The translations under genes were made by a program, and so were the position numbers. From a virus (Duplodnaviria; Caudoviricetes), in the IMG/VR virus record IMGVR_UViG_3300033142_001318, positions 1-52,218 of that record: a stretch of 52,218 bases of DNA; one strand, given 5' to 3'. Below the pieces are notes generated by a model. That model had not been told where the DNA came from, did no database searches, and saw only the letters and a list, made by a program, of their open reading frames with translations. The stretch's first letter is position 1. The number at the start of each line of letters is the position of its first letter. Shown piece after piece: positions 8,920 to 18,812 of this stretch.

Positions 8920-8945
8920 AAGTTTATGACCAAAAGGTTTATATA
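8910..8945 (+). promoter_or_regulatory. Palindrome + BRE + TATA promoter upstream of the HNH gene
   Basis: AAAACTTT-A-AAAGTTTA then tgaccaaaagg then TTTATATA. Confidence 0.75.
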
Positions 8946-8978
8946 GGATGAGAGCTAATGTACTTATGGTAAGTATAT

Positions 8979-9917
8979 ATGATAGGTAGACCTCCAGATA
9001 AAATGAAGAAAATAATAAAACCATGTAAACAATGTGGTGAATTATTTGAATCTTATATATCTAGTAATAGAAAGTTCTGTTCACTTAAATGTAGATCAGA
9101 TTATTATACTGGTGAGAATCATCCTATGAAGAAAGAAGAATCAGAACTTATAAGATACACAAAAAAGTGTCGAAATTGTGGTATAGAATTTACAAGTTGT
9201 GATTATAAGGCTATTTTTTGTTCACAAGAATGTTCACATGTATGGCATAATAGTGACAAAAACCCTAATCGTACGAGTAAAATATTTATAAATTGTAAAC
9301 AATGTAATAAATTATTTACTATTTATCCAAGTGAAAAAGATAATAGGAAATTCTGTTCACATGAATGTGCGGATACTTGGAGGAGAGAATCTGGATTATA
9401 CAAAGGTGAAAATTCTGTACATTGGAAAGGTGGTAAGGTAACAGTTATTTGTAAACAGTGTGGTTGTGAATTTAAAGTAGATCCACATCAAAAAGATATA
9501 AAGAAATTTTGTTCTAATACTTGTTATTATATGTGGATGTCAGAAAATAAATGTGGGAAAAATAGTCCAGTATGGAAAGGTGGAATTTCATTTGAACCAT
9601 ATTGTGAAGATTTTAATAATGCTAAAAGATTGGAGATTCGTGAAAAATATAATAATTGTGATTATTTAACTGGAATCCATCGTGATATCTGTAATGTTAC
9701 GAAGAGTGGTAAAGTTAGAGAATTGACAGTCCATCATGTGGATTATGATAAACGACAAGGTTGTGACGGTATTAAATGGAAATTGATTCCTGTATCAGGT
9801 AGGCACAATTCTATGTTTAATAAAAATAGATCATTTTGGGAACGATTAATATTATACGCATTAGAATATGATGAAGAATATTATGAAAATAAAGAATTTA
9901 ATATATTAGATATTTAA
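8979..9917 (+). CDS. HNH homing-endonuclease-like protein with four zinc-ribbon repeats
   Basis: Repeated CxxC...FCSxxC units, WKGG motifs, C-terminal LTVHHVDYDK...HN; AT-rich; own promoter. Confidence 0.8.
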   Translation: MIGRPPDKMKKIIKPCKQCGELFESYISSNRKFCSLKCRSDYYTGENHPMKKEESELIRYTKKCRNCGIEFTSCDYKAIFCSQECSHVWHNSDKNPNRTSKIFINCKQCNKLFTIYPSEKDNRKFCSHECADTWRRESGLYKGENSVHWKGGKVTVICKQCGCEFKVDPHQKDIKKFCSNTCYYMWMSENKCGKNSPVWKGGISFEPYCEDFNNAKRLEIREKYNNCDYLTGIHRDICNVTKSGKVRELTVHHVDYDKRQGCDGIKWKLIPVSGRHNSMFNKNRSFWERLILYALEYDEEYYENKEFNILDI

Positions 9918-10001
9918 TTCTGATTAATTTTGATATTTTTTGGTAGATTAACTATTAGTCTATCTTATTTAATTTTTTTAGATATTTGGAGGTAAATATA
10001 G

Positions 10002-10943
10002 ATGGAGGAACAAGAAGAAAATAAAATCACAGATAACGAATTCAATTATCATGGTGAATTGACTAAAATAGAGAAATCAAATGATGGTAATATCTATATC
10101 GCCGGAATTTGTACAACAGAAAAAATGGATCATGACGGTGAAATCGTAGATCTGAACGAGGTCCGGAAGGTGTGGGATGATTACATGACCAACCCCGTAC
10201 TAAAATACATGCACGGTAAGGACACATCGAACATGGCTGCTATTGGGGTTGTGGTGCCTTCTTATACAGATTCGACAGGTAAGATGTGGAAGACCGAATT
10301 TACTGATGAGGGACCGTTTATTGTATGTAAGATATCAAATGCCCCGGATACGGAAAGTATCCGAACAAAAGTTGAAGAGGGGATCGTGAAGGGCTTTTCA
10401 ATTGGTGGGAGAGCAAAAAGAGTAAAAACATTCGATCCTACACTACAAAAAGACGTAAATCGTGTTATAACAACCCGGATCTCAGAAATAAGTCTCGTAG
10501 ATCTACCAGCAAATCCTGACTCGTTCTTTTCAGTACTAAAAGCAGCATGTGTGGGAGATAACTGTCCCATGAATGACGACACAGAAACCATCGAGAAGGG
10601 TGAAGGCAAAGCCCCTAAAACGTGGTGGGACAACTGTATGGGAACCGCAAAGGGGATCCCGGGTATGAAAGATGCATCAGCATTCTGTGGTTGGATGTGG
10701 GCACACGGTAAGGAAGATTTCGGACCACAACGGAGCGAAATTGGTAAGATTGAGGACGATCCGATTGTAGACCAAGCGGTGGCAAAATTTGAAGAGTTAA
10801 TTGTGGAAAATGCCACATTGAAAGACAGATTAGAGAAACTCGAAACGGGTTTGGATAACATGGTAAAGATCGAAGAGGAAGATCTCACCGTCCAAAAATC
10901 TGAAAACAGTAATCTAATCGAAATTAATTTACAGGAACTATAA
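10002..10943 (+). CDS. HK97-type prohead protease with C-terminal coiled coil and tag
   Basis: DHDGEIV, catalytic H (YMHG), GFSIGG, EISLVDLPANP; ends QKSENSNLIEINLQEL*. Confidence 0.9.
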   Translation: MEEQEENKITDNEFNYHGELTKIEKSNDGNIYIAGICTTEKMDHDGEIVDLNEVRKVWDDYMTNPVLKYMHGKDTSNMAAIGVVVPSYTDSTGKMWKTEFTDEGPFIVCKISNAPDTESIRTKVEEGIVKGFSIGGRAKRVKTFDPTLQKDVNRVITTRISEISLVDLPANPDSFFSVLKAACVGDNCPMNDDTETIEKGEGKAPKTWWDNCMGTAKGIPGMKDASAFCGWMWAHGKEDFGPQRSEIGKIEDDPIVDQAVAKFEELIVENATLKDRLEKLETGLDNMVKIEEEDLTVQKSENSNLIEINLQEL

Positions 10944-11042
10944 ATATTGAACGGGTAGATCGATTGACCTACCGCCAATGACCTATACAGCGAGGCACAA
11001 AAAATAATAATTACTCCATAATAAATAAAATATGGAGGTAAA

Positions 11043-11567
11043 ATGATAGGAGGAAAAACTATGGAACAAGAAGAAGGAATTGTTCGGCTAGAAGTAGACG
11101 AACTTACGAAATATATCGAAGATACCGTTACTAATATGGTCGAGAAGCAGGAGACAGTTGAAAAACTCGAGGATTACGACAGACTCGTAGCTGAGCTCAA
11201 GGATATGCGAAAGAAGATCGAAGATCTTGAAGCAGCGGCAAAGGCTAACGTGAAGAGTATGAAGACAGGTACCGAGACATCATATAAGTCAGAGGGTGAT
11301 GTAGAAGATCCTGATACTGTGGAGAAGGCTAAAAAGAAGGAAAAGGAACCAAAGAAGAAGTATGATGACGAGGGTAACGAAATCACTGAAGAGGCGGATA
11401 TGACCGTCAAAAAGATGGAAGAGTTAGAGGCTGAGATTGCGGAACTAAAGGCGAGCCCTCTATATAAGGCACAGCAGGACGAGGGTACAGTCGAGAAGAC
11501 TGAGTCTACCGAGACACCGACGGGTATACTGTCAGGTGTAATCGCAGCACATTACGGAGGTAATTAA
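11043..11567 (+). CDS. Capsid scaffolding protein (start could be 11061)
   Basis: Highly charged coiled coil lying between the protease and the capsid gene. Confidence 0.75.
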   Translation: MIGGKTMEQEEGIVRLEVDELTKYIEDTVTNMVEKQETVEKLEDYDRLVAELKDMRKKIEDLEAAAKANVKSMKTGTETSYKSEGDVEDPDTVEKAKKKEKEPKKKYDDEGNEITEEADMTVKKMEELEAEIAELKASPLYKAQQDEGTVEKTESTETPTGILSGVIAAHYGGN

Positions 11568-11568
11568 T

Positions 11569-12618
11569 ATGGCAAAAGATGGGTGGGGAAATGGTGGAGA
11601 AATCGACCATGAATCCCTTTATAAGATGAGTTTCGGTGAACTCCCGGATGAGAGTATCTTCGAAGATGCAATGAATGGTGTACACACGTTCGCAAAGGGT
11701 GAGAAACTTGTGACACAAACCGGAGAAGGCGAACTAGCGAAGGCTGTTAATGTGGGTGCCGCATCCGGTGCCGCAGGGTATGCGTATACCCCGATTGTGT
11801 GGGATCAGGCAGTAATTGATATCACACGGAGAATGACCCCTCTAATTGGTCTAATCCCGAAGGTGACCAATAAGGGTAAAGTTGCGCAGTATTATCGTGT
11901 TACCGCAAGAGGAGCTGCAACGTGGGGCGCCGAGGATCCAGCACTTAATGAGACGGATGATACGAAGGAAGAGGCGAGTGAAGCAATCAGATATCTACGT
12001 GTCACCGGGCGTGTAACTGGTGTTGCACAGATCGCGGGCGCTCACTTCGAGAGTTCAATGCAGAGAGAAGTTCTTAATAAGACACAATCAATGAATGAAG
12101 CACTTGAGGCTGCTATTCTGACAGGAAACAACGCTACGGACCAGTACCAGCATGATGGACTTCAACAACTTCTAACGTCTAATTCATCAAGTCAGGGTGG
12201 AGCTATCACTCTATCTGCTGTAAGAAAGCTTGTAAGTGATTGTTTTGTTGCAAAAGGTGCACCAAATTTGATCGTAACAGATCCTTACACAGCAGATGAT
12301 CTTGTTGAGCAGATTATGGACTACACAAGATATGTTGATCCTAATGTAACACTTGCATGGGGACTTCAACTACCATCTGTTCAGACAGTAGTTGGTAGGG
12401 TTCCAATTCTGGCAAGTCAGTTTATGCCGAATACGAGCACAGAAAGACGTCTGTTCTGTATTAACACCAACTTTATCCAGCAGAGAATTCTGAAGGATAT
12501 CACGTTCGAAAGACTGGCGAAGACAGGAGATTCTGAGAAGTTCTTCCTATCAACGTACAGGACGATGGTTAACAAATTCCCTGAAGGTATGGGCCAACTT
12601 TACGAAATATCGGACTAA
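11569..12618 (+). CDS. Major capsid protein, HK97 fold
   Basis: Follows protease and scaffold; AKA.. GYAYTPIVWD..I, TPLIGLIP, E.AILTG, DGL, GRVPILASQFMP patterns. Confidence 0.85.
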   Translation: MAKDGWGNGGEIDHESLYKMSFGELPDESIFEDAMNGVHTFAKGEKLVTQTGEGELAKAVNVGAASGAAGYAYTPIVWDQAVIDITRRMTPLIGLIPKVTNKGKVAQYYRVTARGAATWGAEDPALNETDDTKEEASEAIRYLRVTGRVTGVAQIAGAHFESSMQREVLNKTQSMNEALEAAILTGNNATDQYQHDGLQQLLTSNSSSQGGAITLSAVRKLVSDCFVAKGAPNLIVTDPYTADDLVEQIMDYTRYVDPNVTLAWGLQLPSVQTVVGRVPILASQFMPNTSTERRLFCINTNFIQQRILKDITFERLAKTGDSEKFFLSTYRTMVNKFPEGMGQLYEISD

Positions 12619-12641
12619 TTAACTATATTTAGTTAAGTTTT

Positions 12642-12680
12642 ATATTAGACGGTTTCATTATAAGTGAAACCGTCTAATAT
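12642..12680. terminator. Perfect 16-bp stem-loop after the capsid gene
   Basis: atattagacggtttca-ttataag-tgaaaccgtctaatat; a 7-bp hairpin also lies at 12619-12636. Confidence 0.6.
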
Positions 12681-12723
12681 GTAACAAATAAGAACAAGAT
12701 AATTATATAATGGAGGAAAAAAT

Positions 12724-13218
12724 ATGGCAGTAATAGTAACAGAAACGACTTATAACGTCTCACCGAATCTCGGTGGAAAGGTCATTAAGTTTAAGGGAAC
12801 GAAAGCGACACAACTTGATTGGATTGTTTTCGCAGATCCGGTTGGAGTTGTAGTTCTGATTGATTCAACTGGTGTAATAGATGGTGCGGTGGCGTACGCG
12901 AATTGTGATTCAACAGACGATGCAGATGGTGTTCTAACTGATGATGCAACAGATGACACCTACACATACGATAATGTAGGCGACGCAACTGAATTACCAT
13001 CAACTCTCGGGTATATCATGATGGATAATGAGATTATGCAATATACCGCCGGTGGTGCGGCAACATCAGGTACATTTACAGGACTAAAGAGAGGACTTTT
13101 TGGTACGACTGTGGCAGCACACGCTAAGAATACTACAGGTTATATCCTAAATACGATAATGCTTGGTAGTGCAACAACAGGACTCGTACGAGGAATCGCA
13201 GACGTGATCGAGGAATGA
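12724..13218 (+). CDS. Putative capsid decoration / structural protein
   Basis: Directly follows the capsid gene; contains GYIMMDNEIMQY..RGLFGTTVAAH, a motif typical of virion fibre proteins. Confidence 0.55.
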   Translation: MAVIVTETTYNVSPNLGGKVIKFKGTKATQLDWIVFADPVGVVVLIDSTGVIDGAVAYANCDSTDDADGVLTDDATDDTYTYDNVGDATELPSTLGYIMMDNEIMQYTAGGAATSGTFTGLKRGLFGTTVAAHAKNTTGYILNTIMLGSATTGLVRGIADVIEE

Positions 13219-13263
13219 GGGATTTAATCCCACATTCTTCTATTTTTATGGAGGTATAAAAAT

Positions 13264-13971
13264 ATGGATACGATGAAATTGAACCCGAGACATACAACGG
13301 AACTTGCGAATATGTCATTCCCGTTAACTATGGTGAATGGACAAACGGCCGGGTGTATGATCGGTGCAGGAACTTCAGCCGCACCGGTAGATTGTTCTAC
13401 CACGGCAAGTATGAAGTTTAATAGCATTTACACAAAATCGTCTGCGGTATCAGGTGATTCAAGGAATACATATCTACGTCACTATCTCGCTGGTGCGTCA
13501 GGTGGTGGTGAATGTCTTAGAGCATATACTGAGATTTCCGGTGTCGCCGCAAGTACAGCACACGGTGCACATCTATCACTTGGAATGGGTGAGAGTACCA
13601 CCGGTGGTGCAGTCACAGGTCTTGGTGTGGCTGTAAGATGTACCCTTGGACTTCCGGACGTCGCACTGGCATCCGGTGGAACATACGCGGCAGTTATGGC
13701 GGAGATATATTCTTTTGGTGATGCCAGTGATGCAGGAGCGGTAACAGAGTTGTCGTTTATACGAGTTGTGAATGCCGGTACCACGGATGGTAAAGCTGAT
13801 GTGGATGATGACGCTTTCGCGTTGAGTTTCCAGGGTTTTACTGCGGCAACTGGTAATATGATTCAAACAGGTAATACCCAGGCCGGTGCTGTGGCAGGAA
13901 CTGTGAAAGTAAAGGTTGGATCTACTACAGGATATCTGACATACTACGACGCAGAAGCAACAACGACGTAG
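13264..13971 (+). CDS. Gly/Ala/Thr-rich virion fibre-like protein
   Basis: Composition; C-terminal VKVKVGSTTGYL. Confidence 0.55.
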   Translation: MDTMKLNPRHTTELANMSFPLTMVNGQTAGCMIGAGTSAAPVDCSTTASMKFNSIYTKSSAVSGDSRNTYLRHYLAGASGGGECLRAYTEISGVAASTAHGAHLSLGMGESTTGGAVTGLGVAVRCTLGLPDVALASGGTYAAVMAEIYSFGDASDAGAVTELSFIRVVNAGTTDGKADVDDDAFALSFQGFTAATGNMIQTGNTQAGAVAGTVKVKVGSTTGYLTYYDAEATTT

Positions 13972-13981
13972 GTGAAGACAC

Positions 13982-14314
13982 ATGATGAAAATTGATCTGC
14001 GGAACTATTCCGTAGAGGTACCCGGGATTGATGAAGAAGGAAAACCAAAAATATTTTATCAGGAATATGATGTTAAGACGTCGCTGATAACGTGTATAAT
14101 GCATCCGGATTTAGAACTTAAGGCCGTGGAATTGCTACAACGTGATGAGATTGCACGTAAAATAAGGGATTCCACAGACGAGGTCCTAATCGAGGACGCA
14201 GAATTCGGGATATTAAAGAGTTCCTTTGATATAATCAAGGGTCTAACACAGAACGATGTGGAACTGGTAAAGCGGGTATTTAACGCAGATCAGGTTGAGG
14301 TTATTGAGAAATAA
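13982..14314 (+). CDS. Hypothetical protein (possible fibre chaperone)
   Basis: GGTGA RBS; acidic helical protein following a fibre-like gene. Confidence 0.5.
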   Translation: MMKIDLRNYSVEVPGIDEEGKPKIFYQEYDVKTSLITCIMHPDLELKAVELLQRDEIARKIRDSTDEVLIEDAEFGILKSSFDIIKGLTQNDVELVKRVFNADQVEVIEK

Positions 14315-14359
14315 TCTCACATTTATTTTTTAAAATTAATATAAAGGAAGATTACAATT

Positions 14360-14536
14360 ATGAATAATGAAGAAGTTAAACTTATAGAGCGATTCGTAAA
14401 GAACGCTCGCCCGGCAGACCGGGTACCTTATATCCTACAGCAGGAAATCGTAAATCTGCTTACCGAGATCCGGAATGAACTAAAGGGTAAGGCACCAAAG
14501 ACTACCACAAAGAAGCCAACGAAGACCGGTGAGTAA
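14360..14536 (+). CDS. 58-aa hypothetical protein
   Basis: AGGAAG RBS; MNNEEVKLIERFVKNARP...KKPTKTGE*. Confidence 0.45.
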   Translation: MNNEEVKLIERFVKNARPADRVPYILQQEIVNLLTEIRNELKGKAPKTTTKKPTKTGE

Positions 14537-14715
14537 TGTGAAAGATACACCCGAAGGATTAATCGAAGATGCTATACTTGAGGGTAGACTTTTGTTGAAA
14601 GGGTTAGACCCGGACGATCCGATTCGGGAGTCTCTGATGTACATGTTGGAAATGTGTGAAGAGGCGATGGGTGTTTTGAAGAAGAATAATTAGAATAATA
14701 AAGGTGGAATTATAA

Positions 14716-14937
14716 ATGACAATAAATTTTACAGAATTAAATGATACACAGAAAATGGAAGCTGCTGATTTAATACAGAAAATAGAATCACTGGACGGTG
14801 CTCTCGCTGATGTGCAGACGGAAAGAGCAACGGCGGAAGTTGACTGGGTAGTAAAAGAAGAAGAAATCAAAGCTGAGAAAAATAAGATGAAGGAAAATAT
14901 GCGTAATATTCGAAAGGCGACTGTAGAAAAAGTATAG
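14716..14937 (+). CDS. Small coiled-coil protein
   Basis: AGGTGG RBS; heptad pattern. Confidence 0.55.
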   Translation: MTINFTELNDTQKMEAADLIQKIESLDGALADVQTERATAEVDWVVKEEEIKAEKNKMKENMRNIRKATVEKV

Positions 14938-14945
14938 GTATATAA

Positions 14946-15889
14946 ATGGCGTGGTATAATAGTAGTTGGTCGAGGCGGAAGGCAATCACCCTAACCGGAG
15001 GTAGTTCTGGCGCTCAAACCGATTATCAACTCAAATTAACGGTAGCATGGGATTCCGACATGAAATCGGACTTCTCAGACCTGAGATTCACGAAAGCGGA
15101 TGGCACAACCCTCCTCGATGCCTGGATGGAATCGCATACTGCGTCCACATCTGCCGTTGTATGGGTTGAAACTGATACCCCGGCAAACACTGTGGAAGCC
15201 GATATTTATATGTATTACGGGAATTCCGGTGCTTCGAGTGATTGGGATGGAGACGCTACATTTAAATTTTTCGATGATTTTGAGGGCGATCTAAGTAAAT
15301 GGACAAATGAATCAGGTGGCGCATTAGCTATTGTTACCGATCCGACAGTACTTCGACTCAAGAATCTTATGCTTCATTTACAAACCAAACAAGTGACTTT
15401 GTAATGGAATTTTATGCGAGAGTCCATAATAGTGGTGCAAGATATCGTTATATTATGATCGAGAAAGTTGGTGGATCAGAAAACGATTCCGTTAAACTTC
15501 AATGGTTCCAAGACACAAAACTTCGATATCAAAGTGATAGTGGTGATGTCGAAATCATGAATGTTAGTATGGACACGTGGTATCGCTTCAAGATAGCTGT
15601 TCACCCATCAACCGATACGTTTGATATGTGGGTAGATGGTGTTTCTAAAGTTACCGGTGGCGATGTGTCGGGAAGTATAACGAGTGGGTGTTCAGCGATA
15701 TCAATGTATGGATATGTTACTTCCGCCGATTATCCGCAATACATAGATTCTGTATTAATGTATAAATACGTAGCAAACCCAGCGACATACGCATTCGGTA
15801 GTGAGGAAGGTGCACCGACAGGTAGATTTATGTGGAAAGTAAATGGCGGAACAATGAGAGGATTAGTTAACGGAGGATTAGCAAGATGA
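14946..15889 (+). pseudogene. DUF2341 plus ConA/LamG-like virion protein, split by a frameshift near 15345
   Basis: W..RKAITL...DYQLKL....DFSDLRFT...WME...VWV...IYMYYGN...FFDDFE (DUF2341); the frame of ORF 15404 extends upstream as DSTSTQESYASFTNQTSDFVMEF. Confidence 0.65.
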
Positions 15890-17121
15890 TGTATTTAGGA
15901 GATTATGCTGAGGATCAACCTGTATACTTCGCATGGAATACAAGTGATTCTGACGGAGCATCGATAACACGAAGTGGAGATGGAACGATTTCAGTATACA
16001 AAGATGCATCCAACGGGACTGCGTTTGACACAACACAGGTTACAACCGGGATTACAAACGATGAAGATTTCGATGGATTGACTGGTGTGCATACATGCTC
16101 AATCACAACCACAGATGCGTGGTATGAAACGGGCCATGATTACATGGTGGTGCTTTCAGGATCAACTATAGACACACAGACAGTAAATGTTGTGCTCGCT
16201 CATTTCTCGATAGAAAATAGATTTATGAGGGGAACAGACTCAGCTGCAACAGCGGCAGCACTTACAACACACGACGGAAAGCTCGATACTGTAGATACCA
16301 ATGTCGATAGTATACTGACCGACACAGGAACGACCCTACCAGCCAGATTTACCGGAATCGAGGGAGCAACGTTCGATACTGGAACGGATAGTTTGGAAGC
16401 AGTTCGTAATAGGGGTGACGCCGAGTGGGTTACAGCAACTGGATTCTCAACACATACAGCAGGCGATATATGGTCTGTAGCGACACGTATACTCACAGCA
16501 AGTACTAATTTCAATGATATATCGGCAGCAGACGTCAACACGCAGGTGGATACAGCATTGTCGGACATAAACCTTGACCATCTCATGAAAATCGGGGTAG
16601 ATACCAATTGGGCGACAACCGTGCATCTTGATAGTGCTCTTGGACATATTGCCGACGTAGGTACAACCGCAACATTTGATAGGACTTCAGATGCACTTGA
16701 AGCAATCAGAAACCGTGGTGATAGTGAGTGGATTACAGCCACTGGATTCAATACGGTTGTCCCGGATGCTGCTGGTGTTGCACCTACGGCAGTTGAAATT
16801 CGACAAGAAATGGACGCTAATTCCACAAGATTAGATGCCGATATATCGAGTAGATCAACCGTCACTACAGCACAAGTAAACGCGGAGGTTGTGGATGTGT
16901 TGAGGACCGATACATCAGTTGAACCAACACAAGGTGCACCAACGGCGACACCGACGATGGAGGAAATGATAAAATATCTGTATTTCAAATTGAGGAATAA
17001 AGGAGAAACCACATCAACAGAAGATACGATGTATGCGGATAATGGATCAACAAAGATAATGAAGGCAACTATTAGTGATAATGGAACTACGTTTACAAAG
17101 TCAGAGTATATAAGTGGTTAA
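15886..17121 (+). CDS. Thr/Asp/Ala-rich virion fibre protein with an internal duplication
   Basis: TFDTGTDSLEAVRNRGDAEWVTATGF and TFDRTSDALEAIRNRGDSEWITATGF. Confidence 0.65.
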   Translation: MMYLGDYAEDQPVYFAWNTSDSDGASITRSGDGTISVYKDASNGTAFDTTQVTTGITNDEDFDGLTGVHTCSITTTDAWYETGHDYMVVLSGSTIDTQTVNVVLAHFSIENRFMRGTDSAATAAALTTHDGKLDTVDTNVDSILTDTGTTLPARFTGIEGATFDTGTDSLEAVRNRGDAEWVTATGFSTHTAGDIWSVATRILTASTNFNDISAADVNTQVDTALSDINLDHLMKIGVDTNWATTVHLDSALGHIADVGTTATFDRTSDALEAIRNRGDSEWITATGFNTVVPDAAGVAPTAVEIRQEMDANSTRLDADISSRSTVTTAQVNAEVVDVLRTDTSVEPTQGAPTATPTMEEMIKYLYFKLRNKGETTSTEDTMYADNGSTKIMKATISDNGTTFTKSEYISG

Positions 17122-17133
17122 GTAGGGGTTTAA

Positions 17134-18801
17134 ATGGCAATAGATAGTGCGGATAAGCGAAAGTCGGCGGTAAATTGGCTCCTTCGGATTTTGCCTATCC
17201 CAGATAGTGTGATAAGTAGTATAGATAGAAAGCATGTAGGTGGATTTTATCGTATATTTGTAGGATTAGTAACTGAGACTATTACACTATCTTCTGATTT
17301 ATTAATCAAAAAGTTAAATGTTGTTGTTGACTTTAGTTCTGATTTATTAATATACACAAGAACTATTAAATCATTAACGTCTGATTTATTAATCAAAAAG
17401 TTAAATGATGTTGTTGACTTTAGTTCTGATTTATTAATCAAAAAATTAAATGTTGTTGTTGACTTTAGTTCTGATTTATTAATATACACAAGAACTATTA
17501 AATCATTAACGTCTGATTTATTAATCAAAAAGTTAAATGTTGTTGTTGACTTTAGTTCTGATTTATTAATCAAAAAGTTAAATGTTGTTGTTGACTTTAG
17601 TTCTGATTTATTAATATACACAAGAACTATTAAATTATTAACGTCTGATTTATTAATTAAGAAATTAGATATACCCGTACCAACGACTTCCGATCTGATT
17701 ATAGTTTTTAAGAGATACGAACTAATATTGTCCGATCTGTTAATCAAGAAGTTAGGTATCATAAAAGCAATAACTATAGATACGCTAATCAGAAGGGTAG
17801 ACAATGTTACAACCTTAATATCAGATATACTGATTAAGAAACTAGATATAGTACGAGATTTAACTACAGATCTGTTGATATATGTAAGAATCATCAATAA
17901 CTTTTCAGCCGACATCCTAATACGTGGTGAGATACTTGTATCAGCAACTATCGATGTACTGGTTGGTGTAAATAATAATGTTAAATCTGTAACATCAGAT
18001 CTATTAACATGTATTACAGACATTAGAAAAAGTACATCATCCGATCTATTGACACAAATCCAATTTTCAGTATCAACTGTGTCTAATATACTGATTAGGA
18101 AGTCGGAAATTGTAGATTACACGTCGGATTTCCTTATTCGTATCACGGATAGAATCAAGAGTATATCTACAGATTTGTTAATGATTGCTGTGATACCTAT
18201 AGTTATGATTTCTGATACACTAATCAGAAAGTTGAAAATACTAGTTCATACAACATCAGATATATTAATCAGTATTACAGATCTGGTAAGAACGACGACT
18301 ACAGATTTATTATTGAAGGGTACATTACCGATATCTATAATTTCTGATACATTATTTAGAGCAGTAGATATTATTAGGTCTGTGACTTCAGATTTGTTGA
18401 TATATACTAGGTATGACATAAATACGACATGTAATATATTATTTAGAAAAACAAATATAATACTATCGAATACGATCGATATATTATTAAGAAAAGTAGA
18501 TACGATAATATCATTTACTACAAATTTATTGTTATATACTAGAACTATCAAAGATGTAATATGTGATTCTCTTATAAGAAAATGTCACCTTGTGGCGGAC
18601 GTAATTGCTGATGTTGTGATTACAATTGAAGAGAGAATAAGATTAAGGTCATATATTAATATATCAGAAGACATAAAATCATATATAACTACTACGATAT
18701 ATAAAGATTCTGGTGTAACAACAACCATATCAGGATATTCAGAGACGGATAGTGGTATATCGATATCAAGATATTCGAAGATAGACCTGAATAATGTATA
18801 A
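17134..18801 (+). CDS. 14/15-aa repeat (SDLLI) beta-fibre protein
   Basis: About 30 repeats of [ST]DxLIxx over the length of the protein. Confidence 0.7.
   Translation: MAIDSADKRKSAVNWLLRILPIPDSVISSIDRKHVGGFYRIFVGLVTETITLSSDLLIKKLNVVVDFSSDLLIYTRTIKSLTSDLLIKKLNDVVDFSSDLLIKKLNVVVDFSSDLLIYTRTIKSLTSDLLIKKLNVVVDFSSDLLIKKLNVVVDFSSDLLIYTRTIKLLTSDLLIKKLDIPVPTTSDLIIVFKRYELILSDLLIKKLGIIKAITIDTLIRRVDNVTTLISDILIKKLDIVRDLTTDLLIYVRIINNFSADILIRGEILVSATIDVLVGVNNNVKSVTSDLLTCITDIRKSTSSDLLTQIQFSVSTVSNILIRKSEIVDYTSDFLIRITDRIKSISTDLLMIAVIPIVMISDTLIRKLKILVHTTSDILISITDLVRTTTTDLLLKGTLPISIISDTLFRAVDIIRSVTSDLLIYTRYDINTTCNILFRKTNIILSNTIDILLRKVDTIISFTTNLLLYTRTIKDVICDSLIRKCHLVADVIADVVITIEERIRLRSYINISEDIKSYITTTIYKDSGVTTTISGYSETDSGISISRYSKIDLNNV
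17293..17643 (+). repeat. Coding tandem array of 45-bp (A) and 42-bp (B) units in the order ABAABAAB
   Basis: A=tctgatttattaatcaaaaagttaaatgttgttgttgactttagt; B=tctgatttattaatatacacaagaactattaaatcattaacg; copies nearly identical. Confidence 0.9.
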
Positions 18802-18812
18802 GGAGACAAGAG

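Noticed and set aside
17293-17643. CRISPR array
   Set aside because: The intervening sequences are themselves repeated and all lengths are multiples of three inside an ORF.
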